Part shown: one piece after another, positions 29,375 to 39,261 of the stretch
Layout: the number at the start of each line of letters is the position of its first letter
Position numbering within the stretch: position 1 is the stretch's first letter
Virus record (IMG/VR): IMGVR_UViG_2785511464_000001
Location: 31,771-95,770 of that record
Length of the DNA: 64,000 nt
Reading direction: 5' to 3' (one strand)
Origin: a virus
Taxonomy: Duplodnaviria > Caudoviricetes
The notes under the pieces: generated by a model
The model's input: only the letters and a program-made list of their open reading frames with translations
Told to the model about the DNA's origin: nothing
The model's database searches: none
Made by a program: the position numbers and the translations under genes

Positions 29375-30649
29375 ATGTCCATGGGCAAGATGTTCCTGTC
29401 AGCGGTGCTGGCAGAGGGGTCCGTTGGGGCTCTGCTCGAATACGGGCGGATCGAACACCTCTTCAAGGCCAATGAGATCGATGCGTATGAGTTCGTCCGG
29501 GAGTTTGTGAAGGAGTACCAGTCCCTGCCGTCCGAGGAGACGATTGAGGCGCACACGGGCACCACGCTGATGCCCCATGTCGAGCCGGCGGCTTATTACC
29601 ACGACCTGATGGAGCTTCGGCACACGGAGCTCAGCCTGAAGAAGGCGATGAAGCAGGCGGGCGAGCTCTTCCTTCCCGAGAACAAGGATATTCCGAGCGC
29701 GTTGCAACTGATGACCAACGCGGTCATGGAGCTCGCCTCGCAGAAGGTCCAGAAGCAGGTGGTGGACTTCCGCCACGCTTACGAGATCGTGGTGAATGAC
29801 TACGCCTCGAAATGGAACCTCGGAGAAACGAAGGGCCTCCACTTCGGGTGGCCTTACATCGATGCGATGACCGGCGGGCTCGGAAGAGGGGACGTCGCCA
29901 GCTTCGTTGGCCGGCCTGCGGCGGGCAAGACCTGGCAGCTTCTATACGCGGCGCACAGCGGTTGGAACAAGGCGGGCAAACACCACGACCCGGAGGCCGA
30001 CCAGTCCCGCCTGTTCGTCTCGATGGAGATCGGCCTGCTGCCGATCCAGCAACGCCTTGCCGCCATGCAGACGCACGTGCCGGCGCTCAAGCTCAAGAAC
30101 GCCTCGCTCGGCTCCGGGCTCATCAAGAACCTCAAGTCGGGGCTGGCCGAAATTCAGGACTACGGGGCTCCCTTCTGGGTCGTTGACGGCAATCTGGCCG
30201 CGACGGTCGAGGACATTTGGGCGCTGGCCCGCCAGCTGAAGCCTGGGGCGATCTTTATCGACGGGGCCTATTTGGTGAAGCACCCGACCGAGAGGGACCG
30301 CTTCCGGCGCGTGGCCGAGAACGCCGAGCTGATCAAGCAGGAGCTGGCCCCCATCGCTCCGACCGTGTGCAGCTGGCAGTTCGCCAAGTCGGCCAGCAAG
30401 AAGAACGCCAAGAAGGGCGAGAAGGTCACAATGGACGACATCGGCTACACCGACGCCATCGCGCAGGTGTCGTCCCTCGTCCTCGGTCTGTTTCAGGAGG
30501 ACAGCGTGGAGACAATCAAGCAGCGCAAGGTGGAAGTGCTGAAGGGGCGTAACGGTGAGACCGGATCGTTCTCCACCGCATGGGACTTCGAGACGATGGA
30601 TTTCACCGAGATCGTTCAGGAAGACGTCGAAGACTTGCAGTTCCTCTAG
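29375..30649 (+). CDS. dnaB: Replicative DnaB-like helicase
   Basis: GRPAAGKT, FVSME, FIDG, KGRNGETG. Confidence 0.85.
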   Translation: MSMGKMFLSAVLAEGSVGALLEYGRIEHLFKANEIDAYEFVREFVKEYQSLPSEETIEAHTGTTLMPHVEPAAYYHDLMELRHTELSLKKAMKQAGELFLPENKDIPSALQLMTNAVMELASQKVQKQVVDFRHAYEIVVNDYASKWNLGETKGLHFGWPYIDAMTGGLGRGDVASFVGRPAAGKTWQLLYAAHSGWNKAGKHHDPEADQSRLFVSMEIGLLPIQQRLAAMQTHVPALKLKNASLGSGLIKNLKSGLAEIQDYGAPFWVVDGNLAATVEDIWALARQLKPGAIFIDGAYLVKHPTERDRFRRVAENAELIKQELAPIAPTVCSWQFAKSASKKNAKKGEKVTMDDIGYTDAIAQVSSLVLGLFQEDSVETIKQRKVEVLKGRNGETGSFSTAWDFETMDFTEIVQEDVEDLQFL

Positions 30650-30735
30650 TGTGCAATTAATTTCTCAAATCTCTTGTCCGGCACCGGCAATCCGGTAGGA
30701 TCAAATCAACACGATAACCATGGAGGGTTGCTGTA

Positions 30736-31224
30736 ATGGCGATTGTTCTGACCAAGAAGAAGCGGGTTGCAACGCCCCCGACGGCACCGGACCTCTCGGG
30801 CCTCGCGATGCTGTCCCCGGAGCTCGCCGAGATCGCCGAGTTGATCGACAAGGTGGGTGATCTGCAGGAAGAAGCCGCACCGATCATGGAGCGGATCAAG
30901 AAGGACACCGAGAAGCTGAAGCCCTACAAGGCAGCCATGAAGGAGCTGCAGACAAAGGTGGACGCGCTCGAAAACGATCCCGACGACACCGTTGAGCAGG
31001 ACGCCGCCAAGTTCCGCATGGAAGCCGGGACCAAGGGCACAAGCCGGTCGATCAAGAGCATCGAGAAGGCGAAGAAGCATCTGGGCGTCAAGACGTTCAT
31101 GCAGCTGGCCACCATCAAGCTGACGGACCTCGACAAGTACCTGACCCCGCCGCAGCTGGAGGAGGTTCTGGCCTCCGAACGCTCCTCGCGGACCATCAAG
31201 CTGTTCCGCAGGGAGGAGGCATGA
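30736..31224 (+). CDS. Hypothetical coiled-coil protein
   Basis: GGAGG RBS; follows box and promoter. Confidence 0.7.
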   Translation: MAIVLTKKKRVATPPTAPDLSGLAMLSPELAEIAELIDKVGDLQEEAAPIMERIKKDTEKLKPYKAAMKELQTKVDALENDPDDTVEQDAAKFRMEAGTKGTSRSIKSIEKAKKHLGVKTFMQLATIKLTDLDKYLTPPQLEEVLASERSSRTIKLFRREEA

Positions 31225-31847
31225 CCTACCAGCTCCTGCTCCAGTTTGGCGCGGAGAACGCCGAGGGCGGTGAGCAGGTGCGTGATGCGATCCTCGAATT
31301 TCTCAACGGCAGCGGGGTGGAGGTGCTTCATGCAAGCCCCCTGCAGGAGGCACCCTCTCAGATCGTGATCCATACCGATGGCGGCTGCGACCGGAACAAG
31401 GGTGGCCTGGGAGCGTGGGCGTATACCGCGCACCTCCCGACCGGTGAGTACAAGGAAGAGGCCGGCCACGAGTTCGACACCACCAACAACCGGATGGAGT
31501 TGACCGCAGCAATCCGGGCTCTGGAGAGCGTGGAGATCGGCGTCCCCATCGAGCTGTTCTCTGACAGCGAGTATCTGGTCAAGGGGGTCACCGTGTGGAG
31601 CCGCAATTGGGTCCGCAACGGGTGGAAGACCGCAGCAGGCAAGGCCGTGATCAATCAAGACCTCTGGGAAGAGCTGCTGAAGCTCTATCAGGTTCACGAG
31701 GTGACGTTCCACTGGTTGAAGGGGCACGCCGGCAACGAGTTCAACGAGCGCTGCGACACACTTTGTACTGAGGCCATGAACGCGGCTCACAAGGAGTCTC
31801 TGCTGACCGCGCCGCCCATCGCACCGGAAGCGGTTGGCCCTCTGTGA
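31221..31847 (+). CDS. rnhA: Ribonuclease HI with N-terminal extension
   Basis: TDGGC, TTNNRMELTA, SDSEY, W..NGWKT...V.NQDLW, W.KGHAG...NERCD. Confidence 0.95.
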   Translation: MTYQLLLQFGAENAEGGEQVRDAILEFLNGSGVEVLHASPLQEAPSQIVIHTDGGCDRNKGGLGAWAYTAHLPTGEYKEEAGHEFDTTNNRMELTAAIRALESVEIGVPIELFSDSEYLVKGVTVWSRNWVRNGWKTAAGKAVINQDLWEELLKLYQVHEVTFHWLKGHAGNEFNERCDTLCTEAMNAAHKESLLTAPPIAPEAVGPL

Positions 31848-32845
31848 AGACGGATCGTCTCGTCAAGCTCCTGAAGATGCTGAACGCAAAGGTGCCGATT
31901 GCCCAGCAGAGGGCCGGCTGGTTCGTGTCCTCGTGCCCTCTAGCCCCATGGACGCACGACGGCGGCACCGACAAGAACCCGGCCTTCGCAGTGAAGAAGG
32001 AAGGGGGAGACGCCTTCTGCAACTGCTTCGCCTGCGGCTTCCACGGCAAACTGTCCGCCCTGGTGCTGGAGGTGCGGCACCGCAACGCGACCCAGCAGGA
32101 GCTGACCGTCAATTGGGGTGACGCCCTGACCATCATCGAAGACGCGGAGGCCGAGGATTATCTGAACCTCGACAGCCCCACCATTGAGGACATGCTGTTC
32201 GGCGAGAAGGCGACCCTGCACGAGTTCCCGGACTGGTGGATCGAGAGCTTTCCCCCGGTCGAGAGTGTTCCCTTCGCGAGGGACTACCTTGCCGAGCGGG
32301 GCGTGTCCTTGGAGGTGGCCAAGGCGCTCGACCTGCGCACCGACACCAAACAGCAGCGGGTCTGCTTCCCCGTTCGGGACTTCTATGGTCGTCTGGTCGG
32401 GTTGCACGGTCGGGCCATCAAGCCGGAGGTGGACCCCCGCTATCGCATGTATCTGCAGGCGGGAAGGAACAACCCCATCGTCTGGCTCGGGGAGAGCTGG
32501 GTGAACCTCGACAAGCCCATCGTGGTGGTCGAAGGCCCCATGGACCTGGCCAGCGTCTACCGGGTGTACCGGAATGTCGTGAGCCCCCTTTTCGTGAACC
32601 CCTCAATGGACAAGCTCATGCGCATGGCGGACGCCCTGGAGTGGGTGACCCTGTACGACCGGGGGAAGGGCGGCGACATAGGCCGGGAGAAGGTCTCGCG
32701 AACCCTTCGGAAAGACCACGTGCTTGTCCACTTGACGCCGCCTGAAGGGGCGAAAGACCCCGGTGAATGCACGGTGGATCAGTTGGTGGACCTGCTCTCT
32801 CCGCACCTGCTCCTCGACCCTTTCGTGGGGGTTGAGAAATCGTGA
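31844..32845 (+). CDS. DNA primase (Zn finger plus TOPRIM)
   Basis: CP...H...CFACG; YLAERG; VVEGPMD; YD; KDPG. Confidence 0.85.
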   Translation: MKTDRLVKLLKMLNAKVPIAQQRAGWFVSSCPLAPWTHDGGTDKNPAFAVKKEGGDAFCNCFACGFHGKLSALVLEVRHRNATQQELTVNWGDALTIIEDAEAEDYLNLDSPTIEDMLFGEKATLHEFPDWWIESFPPVESVPFARDYLAERGVSLEVAKALDLRTDTKQQRVCFPVRDFYGRLVGLHGRAIKPEVDPRYRMYLQAGRNNPIVWLGESWVNLDKPIVVVEGPMDLASVYRVYRNVVSPLFVNPSMDKLMRMADALEWVTLYDRGKGGDIGREKVSRTLRKDHVLVHLTPPEGAKDPGECTVDQLVDLLSPHLLLDPFVGVEKS

Positions 32846-32892
32846 AATTAATTGCACAATTTTGTTGACCAAGGGCGACTAATCGCTATCCT
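32843..32892 (+). promoter_or_regulatory. Box plus sigma70-like promoter upstream of the SSB gene
   Basis: Box-N8-TTGACC-N16-TATCCT. Confidence 0.6.
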
Positions 32893-32949
32893 TAAATCAG
32901 ACCCTGGAGGTCTGCTGGGAAAACTTGGAAACCAAAGGAACCCCTTGCT

Positions 32950-33780
32950 ATGGCACTGAAATTCGCGAAGAAAGTCTCCTCGAAGACTTCGGGCTCGACC
33001 TCCGACAAGAGCGTCGATAACCAATCCCCTCCCAAGAAGAAATCCTCGTCTTCAGCCGCTGGCTGGATGAAGAAGGGTGCAGCTGCGCAGGAAGCGCTCG
33101 CGAACGAAGAGGCTCAGGCCGAACTTCGTAAGGCCGAGGCCGGCAAGCTCTGGCGGTTCTGGATGCCTGAAGGTGAAGAGCGGCAGATTACCTTCCTCGA
33201 CGGCAAGCTCGACGACTCCGGCATGCTCGACATTCTGATGTTCTACGAGCACCGCATTCGCGTGAACGGCAACTGGTCGGAATTTGTCTGTACCGCCGAG
33301 GCCGATCAGAGCCAGCCTTGCCCGATCTGCGAGAGCGGGGCACGGTCGTCTCTCTGCGGTGTCATGACGATCATCGATCACACCGAACACACGATCAAGA
33401 ACGGCCCGAACAAGGGCAAGACGATCAAGAACACGCGGAAGCTCTTCGTGGCCAAGCGGCAGACCATCATCCAGCTTACGACGCTGGCGAAGAAGCGCGG
33501 CGGGCTCGTCGGCTGCACCTTCGATGTCTACCGCACCGGGGAGAACTCTGCCGGCGTCGGTAGCCAGTTCGACTTCCAGCATAAGTTCGCGACCCGTCAG
33601 GAGATCAAGGACCACTACGAGATCGAGGACGAGGACGGCGTTCTGCCGGCGGACTACAACGAGGAGATCGTGTACCGCTCTCCCGAAGAGCTGCTTGAAC
33701 TCGGTGTTGGCAAGGCCCAGACCGGCGTCGGGTACAGCGGGGGCACTGGCTCCAAGAAGAACCTATCGGACGAGCTCTAG
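32950..33780 (+). CDS. Putative single-stranded DNA-binding protein (gp32-like)
   Basis: H...C...CPIC Zn motif, acidic C-terminal part, replication context. Confidence 0.6.
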   Translation: MALKFAKKVSSKTSGSTSDKSVDNQSPPKKKSSSSAAGWMKKGAAAQEALANEEAQAELRKAEAGKLWRFWMPEGEERQITFLDGKLDDSGMLDILMFYEHRIRVNGNWSEFVCTAEADQSQPCPICESGARSSLCGVMTIIDHTEHTIKNGPNKGKTIKNTRKLFVAKRQTIIQLTTLAKKRGGLVGCTFDVYRTGENSAGVGSQFDFQHKFATRQEIKDHYEIEDEDGVLPADYNEEIVYRSPEELLELGVGKAQTGVGYSGGTGSKKNLSDEL

Positions 33781-33907
33781 CTCCCGATTTGTGCAATTAA
33801 TTGCAAATTTCCTGCGGTCCCCATTTGCAGGAAATGTGAGAGGCAGTCGTCGTCCCCCGCCCAAACCTCGTGCGGCTGCCTCTCGCTTCTTTCTTTCGGA
33901 GACACCG

Positions 33908-35305
33908 ATGGCGTTGCTTTCTGAACTGAAACGCACGGATAAGCCCCTGTCCACCGGGGCGACCGCTGTCTATTCGTGGAAGCCCTTCTTCGAGAAGAAG
34001 TACCGTTTCACGTCTCGCTTCGGTGATGAGGTGGAGTTGTTCCGGCGCGAAGGGAACGTTGTTCACCTGCCGCGCGCCCTGTGTCCCGTGAGCAGCAACG
34101 ACAATCGGGCCGATGGCGAGTTCATCGAGTTCCCGAATACTCCGGAGCCTCGCCCGAACCAAGTCAGCGTTTTCAAGGCCACCCGGAAGTTCCTGCTGAA
34201 GGGCGAGAGCGGGCTGGTTTCCGCGTACACGGGCTGGGGCAAGACTGTCCTCGGTTACTACGCCGCTGCCATCACGCAGCGCAAGACGCTCGTCATCACC
34301 ACCAAGGACGACATCTACCAGCAGTGGATCGACGGTGCGTGTGGCCGGGTCTCTTCAACGAACCCCAACGGCACGAACTTCCTCGGCCTGGACCCGATTG
34401 ATGTGGGCGAGATCAGGGGTGACAAGTGCGAGGTCGTCGGGACCAAATTCGTAGTGGCGATGATCCACTCCCTGTCCAAGGACGGGAAGTATCCCGACTG
34501 GATCACGGAAGACTTCGGGCTGGTGATCTTCGACGAGTGTCACCGGGTTCCCGCCGACCAGTTTCAGACTGTCGTGGACATGTTTCCGGCGAAGCTGCGT
34601 CTGGGTCTGTCCGCATCGATAGACCGCTCTGACGGCAAGGAGCAGCTGGTATACGCCCACATCGGGCCTGTCCGGGCGCGCACCGAAGCCGAGCTCATGG
34701 TTCCGAAGGTGCTGCGCTTCACCTCCAATTGGAATTGCCCGCGCGTCCTTCGGGAGAATGAGGAGACCGGCGAGAAAGAGGTTATCCGGCTGCCGCACCA
34801 GCCGGGCAAGACCACGCACCTGGAGAAGATGCTGGCGGCGGACCCTGAACGGAATTACCTGCTGGCGGAGCTGACGAACAGCGCTTTCGAGAAGGGGCGA
34901 AAGCTCGTCGTGTTCTCGACGCTTCACGACCACCTGCGGTCGATCCACCGGCTGTGCTCCAAGGAGTTCAAGATCAGCGGGCGCAACATGGGGTTCTACC
35001 TCGGTGCGACCACCAAGGCCGACAAGGAGCACCGTGAGCGGGAGAAGGTGAAGCCGATCCTGTTCACCACCTACGCAATGATGGGTGAGGGGACCAGTAT
35101 CGATTGGCTGGACACCTGCATTCTCGCGATGCCGAGGGCCGCGCCGCTTCAGGCGGTGGGTCGCATCAGGCGGGAGTACCCGGACAAGAAGGAGCCCGTA
35201 GTGATGGACGTCATCGATGCGGACAGCCCTGTGTTCCTTGCCTACAGTAACAGTAGGGCAAAGTGGTACAGCTCCATCGGAGCAGAAGTCAAAGACATGC
35301 TATAG
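33908..35305 (+). CDS. SF2 (DEAD/DEAH, UvsW-like) helicase
   Basis: TGWGKT, DECH, GLSA...R.DG, QAVGRIRR. Confidence 0.9.
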   Translation: MALLSELKRTDKPLSTGATAVYSWKPFFEKKYRFTSRFGDEVELFRREGNVVHLPRALCPVSSNDNRADGEFIEFPNTPEPRPNQVSVFKATRKFLLKGESGLVSAYTGWGKTVLGYYAAAITQRKTLVITTKDDIYQQWIDGACGRVSSTNPNGTNFLGLDPIDVGEIRGDKCEVVGTKFVVAMIHSLSKDGKYPDWITEDFGLVIFDECHRVPADQFQTVVDMFPAKLRLGLSASIDRSDGKEQLVYAHIGPVRARTEAELMVPKVLRFTSNWNCPRVLRENEETGEKEVIRLPHQPGKTTHLEKMLAADPERNYLLAELTNSAFEKGRKLVVFSTLHDHLRSIHRLCSKEFKISGRNMGFYLGATTKADKEHREREKVKPILFTTYAMMGEGTSIDWLDTCILAMPRAAPLQAVGRIRREYPDKKEPVVMDVIDADSPVFLAYSNSRAKWYSSIGAEVKDML

Positions 35306-35323
35306 ACGCGCAAGGAGGCGAAG

Positions 35324-35653
35324 ATGGCACTGACAATCACGAAGAAGAAGGGCAAGGCTACGGTAAGCTCTGCCACCAAGAACAAGGGCGAGGTCATCAG
35401 CGAAGACGCCACGGAAGAGATCGTTGATCTGCCGGACGAGACGGCAGCTTCTGAAGGGTCTTCCGGCCCGTGGTGTGAGGTGGGCACTGAGATGTCGTAC
35501 ACGCACAACCTCGGAAACTACCAGTCGGCTCGCCTTCAGGTCAGTCTCAAGGTTCCCTGCCTGCATTCCGAGGTCGATCAGGTGTTCGACTTCGCCAAGG
35601 AATGGACCGACCAGAAGCTGCAGGGGATGGTTGCGGAACTCTCGGAGGAGTAG
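35324..35653 (+). CDS. Hypothetical protein
   Basis: AAGGAGG RBS; T.NLGNY.S.R motif. Confidence 0.7.
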   Translation: MALTITKKKGKATVSSATKNKGEVISEDATEEIVDLPDETAASEGSSGPWCEVGTEMSYTHNLGNYQSARLQVSLKVPCLHSEVDQVFDFAKEWTDQKLQGMVAELSEE

Positions 35654-35686
35654 TCCCGCGTTCAGTATGCAATTAATTGCACAGGA

Positions 35687-35947
35687 GTGAAACGCATGCT
35701 GAACGACCGCCGTTGCGGCAAGTTCGAGATCGCAGTCGAAGTCATCAATGACGTGCCAGAGGTTGTCTACGCCATCATGGCGCAGACGATCATCATCCGG
35801 GCGGAGGCCATGCTTGCTTCCGACGTCATCGACTACACCGCGATCTCGGAGCATTTCGAGGAGGTTCCTGCTGGCAGTGAGGTGCCGTCCTACGACGTCA
35901 TCTACGACGCAGAGACCGAGACGATCACCTGGGTGAAGCAGGAGTAG
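35687..35947 (+). CDS. Hypothetical protein
   Basis: AGGAG RBS after the box at 35668; true start may be ATG 35696. Confidence 0.65.
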   Translation: MKRMLNDRRCGKFEIAVEVINDVPEVVYAIMAQTIIIRAEAMLASDVIDYTAISEHFEEVPAGSEVPSYDVIYDAETETITWVKQE

Positions 35948-35950
35948 GTC

Positions 35951-37033
35951 GTGGCCGTTACGATCAAGAAAGTACAGAAGAACACCGTCACAGCCGCCTC
36001 GTTGCTCAAACAGTTCCAGAAGGACATGGGCGACGGGGCCGGCAGTTACGGCAGCCATTGGGTCAACGCTGACCGCATCCCGACGGGCATGTTCGAGTTG
36101 GACCTGGCGTTGTCCGGCGGGTTCCCGCGCGGCAAGGTCTCCATGATCTTCGGGCCGGAAAGCTCGAACAAGACGAACATCGCTCTGCTGGCCATCGCAC
36201 AACACCAGAAGCTCTGGCCTGAGCTCACATGCGTCTTTGTCGATCTGGAGAACGAGTACAACGCGCCGTGGGCGAAAAGCCTCGGAGTGGACACGGACAA
36301 GCTAATTCTGCTGAAGCCGGCCTACGCTGAGCAGGCCGTTGATATGGTCGAGGCCATGCTGCTGGCCGATGACGTTGGCCTCGTCGTGCTGGACAGCCTT
36401 GCCGCCCTCGTGGGCACAGCAGAGCTGGACAAGAGCGCCGAGGGGGAGACCCCCGGTGCGGCGGGTCGCATATCCGGCAAACTCTACAGGAAGACGATTG
36501 CCGCCTTCGTGGAGGCCGAGAAGAGGGGGCGCTATCCCTCGCTCTTCTACATCAACCAGATCACCTACAAGATCGGCGTGATGTTCGGGAACCCCGAGAC
36601 CACGCCCGGCGGCAAGAAGCCGTGGTTCCAGTCGGCGATTGTCCTGCGGGTCTACGGCAACAACATCATCGACAGCAAGATTTCGAAGGTGATGCCTGTC
36701 CGCAAGGAGGTGAGCTTCGTCATCAAGAAGTTCAAGGTTCCGATCCTGGCAGCGAGCGGCAAGTTCGAGATGGCGACGCAGCCCCATGGCGGTCTGGAGA
36801 TCGGTCAGTGCGACGACGCCAACACGATCAAGGGCTATCTCGAAAGCTTCGGCGAATGGTTTGCCGCCGACAAGAAGGGCTGGAGCATCTTCGGGGAGCA
36901 TTACGCCACCCAGAAGGCGTGGAAGGAGCGCTTCTATAGCGAGCCGGCTTACGCGAACAAGGTCCGGGGGCACGTCATCAAGACGATGATGGCCGGGGGC
37001 GAGATCGACGATGATGGGGGCTCTGATGAATAA
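35951..37033 (+). CDS. recA: RecA-like recombinase
   Basis: IPTG..LDLALSGGFPRGK...GPESSNKT, FVDLE, VLDSLAAL, INQI..KIGVMFGNPETTPGG. Confidence 0.92.
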   Translation: MAVTIKKVQKNTVTAASLLKQFQKDMGDGAGSYGSHWVNADRIPTGMFELDLALSGGFPRGKVSMIFGPESSNKTNIALLAIAQHQKLWPELTCVFVDLENEYNAPWAKSLGVDTDKLILLKPAYAEQAVDMVEAMLLADDVGLVVLDSLAALVGTAELDKSAEGETPGAAGRISGKLYRKTIAAFVEAEKRGRYPSLFYINQITYKIGVMFGNPETTPGGKKPWFQSAIVLRVYGNNIIDSKISKVMPVRKEVSFVIKKFKVPILAASGKFEMATQPHGGLEIGQCDDANTIKGYLESFGEWFAADKKGWSIFGEHYATQKAWKERFYSEPAYANKVRGHVIKTMMAGGEIDDDGGSDE

Positions 37034-37379
37034 CCCCTACCTAAAGCGGAAGCAGAAGCACTCTATCGGCAAGGCGGGCAGGGCCTCGGAACAACGCCTT
37101 TCCCGCCAGCTGGGTGGTCGCGCGCGGCCAGCCTCCGGGGCGATGGAGGGTGCCAAGGGGGACATCGACCTCGGCAGCGTCCTGATGGAGGCGAAGAGCA
37201 CCACAGGGCTGTCCATGGGCCTCAAGCGGGACTGGCTCCTGAAGATTGCCCACGAGGCGCGTTCCGAAGGCAAGAACCCCGCGCTGGCGATCTCCTTCGT
37301 CACACCCGACGGGAGGCCGATCCTCGACGGTGAGTGGGTGGCGGTGCCTCGGCACGTTTGGGAGGGTCACCTGAAATGA
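37026..37379 (+). CDS. PD-(D/E)XK nuclease (Hjc-like resolvase)
   Basis: E...SGA....GD.....EAKST motif. Confidence 0.65.
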   Translation: MNNPYLKRKQKHSIGKAGRASEQRLSRQLGGRARPASGAMEGAKGDIDLGSVLMEAKSTTGLSMGLKRDWLLKIAHEARSEGKNPALAISFVTPDGRPILDGEWVAVPRHVWEGHLK

Positions 37380-37681
37380 AGTGGATCGCTGCCGCGAAGG
37401 CGCTGCCCCAGAACCTCGGGAATGCGCCAGCTCCCGTCCCCCTCGGGTCCGGTGCTGCTGTGCTTCTGCCGGCCCCGCACGACGTGCCCGTGGGGCTTGC
37501 TCTCGATGCCCTTGAGGCGAACGGCATCGTGGTGGAGAGCGTAACCCAGACCACACAGTACCTCCCCGGCGGTCTGGCTCTCGACATCAACATGACGGTC
37601 ATTGCCGACCCTGCGTTAGGTCTTCAGGCTTCTACTGACCTACAGAAATGGATATTCGGGAAGGCCAAGGGCTCATGGTAG
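37376..37681 (+). CDS. Hypothetical protein
   Basis: ATGA overlap with the upstream gene, GGAGGG RBS. Confidence 0.55.
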   Translation: MKWIAAAKALPQNLGNAPAPVPLGSGAAVLLPAPHDVPVGLALDALEANGIVVESVTQTTQYLPGGLALDINMTVIADPALGLQASTDLQKWIFGKAKGSW

Positions 37682-38589
37682 TTTTTCTGAAGAAAGCCAA
37701 GGAGCTGGTCCCGAAGAAGACTGCGAAGTTCTTCCTCCACCAGCATCTGAGCGGCTTTGAGAAGGCCCGGCCTCTGGCCCTCGTCCACGCGTCTGAGCTG
37801 ACCCGCCCCGGTGGGTTCTGCCCACGGTATTACGCGCTGCACGACGTCACCGGGCAGAAGCCCAAGGATCAGTGGCTCTCGGCCTCCGAGCGCATGACCT
37901 TCCAGATCGGTCGCGATCAGGAGAAGAACATCGTGCTCTGGTTTGCCGATATGGGGAGGGCGGTCTGTCACTGGAAGTGCGTCGCGTGTGGTTCCGTGCA
38001 CGAGTTCTGTCTGCGTCCCGAGAAGTGCAAGGTTTGCGGCACCCGTAAGTTTGATCCGAAGGAGGTGCGCTTCACCAGCACCAAGACCGGGGCGTCGTGC
38101 GGCGTGGACATGCTCCTGGCGCTTGGAGGCCCACGCCTGATCCCCCACGAGATCAAGACGATGGACAAGGATCAGTTCAAGGCGCTGCAGGCCCCGCTGG
38201 CGGAGCACAAGTGGCGCACCAATCTGTATCTGCGGATCATCGCCGAGAGCGACTACCCCTTCGCCTCCCAGATCGAAACCAGCCACGGCTATATCCTCTA
38301 CACCACCAAGGGCGGCTACGGATGCGCTGACCCCGAGGTGAAGAAGTGGGGCCTGTCCGACAACTTCAGCCCGTTCAAGGAGTTCGAGATCGAGCGGAAG
38401 GATGCGGACACGAAAGACCTCGCCAAGTCGGCCAAGGTGGTCAAGGATTTCCGTGACGGGAAGGTCGGGATGCCCTGCGGCATCTGCTCATCGGCCATGA
38501 GCAAGCGGGCCGCCGGCTGCGCGGTGCGCAAGGCGTGTTTCAGCGGAGACTACCCCCCGGAGTACGACTGGAAGAACAATGGCAAGTGA
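37675..38589 (+). CDS. Cas4-like PD-(D/E)XK exonuclease with Zn-ribbon insert
   Basis: HAS....CPR, D...EIKT, C-terminal Cys cluster (C..C...C.....C); internal CVAC/CKVC. Confidence 0.7.
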   Translation: MVVFLKKAKELVPKKTAKFFLHQHLSGFEKARPLALVHASELTRPGGFCPRYYALHDVTGQKPKDQWLSASERMTFQIGRDQEKNIVLWFADMGRAVCHWKCVACGSVHEFCLRPEKCKVCGTRKFDPKEVRFTSTKTGASCGVDMLLALGGPRLIPHEIKTMDKDQFKALQAPLAEHKWRTNLYLRIIAESDYPFASQIETSHGYILYTTKGGYGCADPEVKKWGLSDNFSPFKEFEIERKDADTKDLAKSAKVVKDFRDGKVGMPCGICSSAMSKRAAGCAVRKACFSGDYPPEYDWKNNGK

Positions 38590-39148
38590 ACAGGACAAGG
38601 AGAAGACGGTGCAAAAGGCGCTCGTCTCTATGGGTATCGATCCCTCTGCCACGGCCACCGGGCTTGTGGTGCTGCGCGAAAATGGCACCACGACACCGGA
38701 CCTTCTGCTTGAGGATGAGATCAAAACGGGAAGCATGCGCGGCGTTGAACGCACCCGGCACATCGTCGAGCGGATCATGACCACCCTGCACGAGGTCAAG
38801 CCCGACCGCATCGTCGTTGAAGGCTACTCCCTCGGCAAGAACCCGAACGCCACCATCCCGCTCGTGGAGCTGGGCGGCTTGCTTCGGTTCATGCTCGTGC
38901 TGGACGGCTTCAAATGGTACGACCCGCGCGCCTCGGAGCTGAAGAAGTTCGTCACCGGCAAGGGTGGCTCCCCGAAAGAGCAGGTGATGATGTACGTGCT
39001 CAAACGCTGGGGACACACCGCCAGCAGCAACAATACGGCGGACGCCTACGGCCTTGCGGCCATGGGGCTTGCCGTATCGAACCGGCTCCCCGGCATCACG
39101 AAGGAGATGCGCATGGTGGTCGGAAAACTCTCGATCAATTGCAATTAA
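38579..39148 (+). CDS. RuvC-like Holliday junction resolvase
   Basis: MGIDPS..TG, VVEGY, LKKFVTGKG...KEQV, N.ADAY.LA. Confidence 0.85.
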   Translation: MASEQDKEKTVQKALVSMGIDPSATATGLVVLRENGTTTPDLLLEDEIKTGSMRGVERTRHIVERIMTTLHEVKPDRIVVEGYSLGKNPNATIPLVELGGLLRFMLVLDGFKWYDPRASELKKFVTGKGGSPKEQVMMYVLKRWGHTASSNNTADAYGLAAMGLAVSNRLPGITKEMRMVVGKLSINCN

Positions 39149-39261
39149 TTGCATCAGGGAATTGAAATTAATTGCACAACTGTTAGTGTCGATGGGTCAA
39201 ATTACCAACGCTGCCACGGAGGGCTTCTGTTGGTCTGGAACCCAAGCAAGGAGTAAGTCGC

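Noticed and set aside
37675-38589. Cas4-like gene as evidence of CRISPR-Cas
   Set aside because: Solo Cas4-like nucleases are common in phage recombination modules; no array
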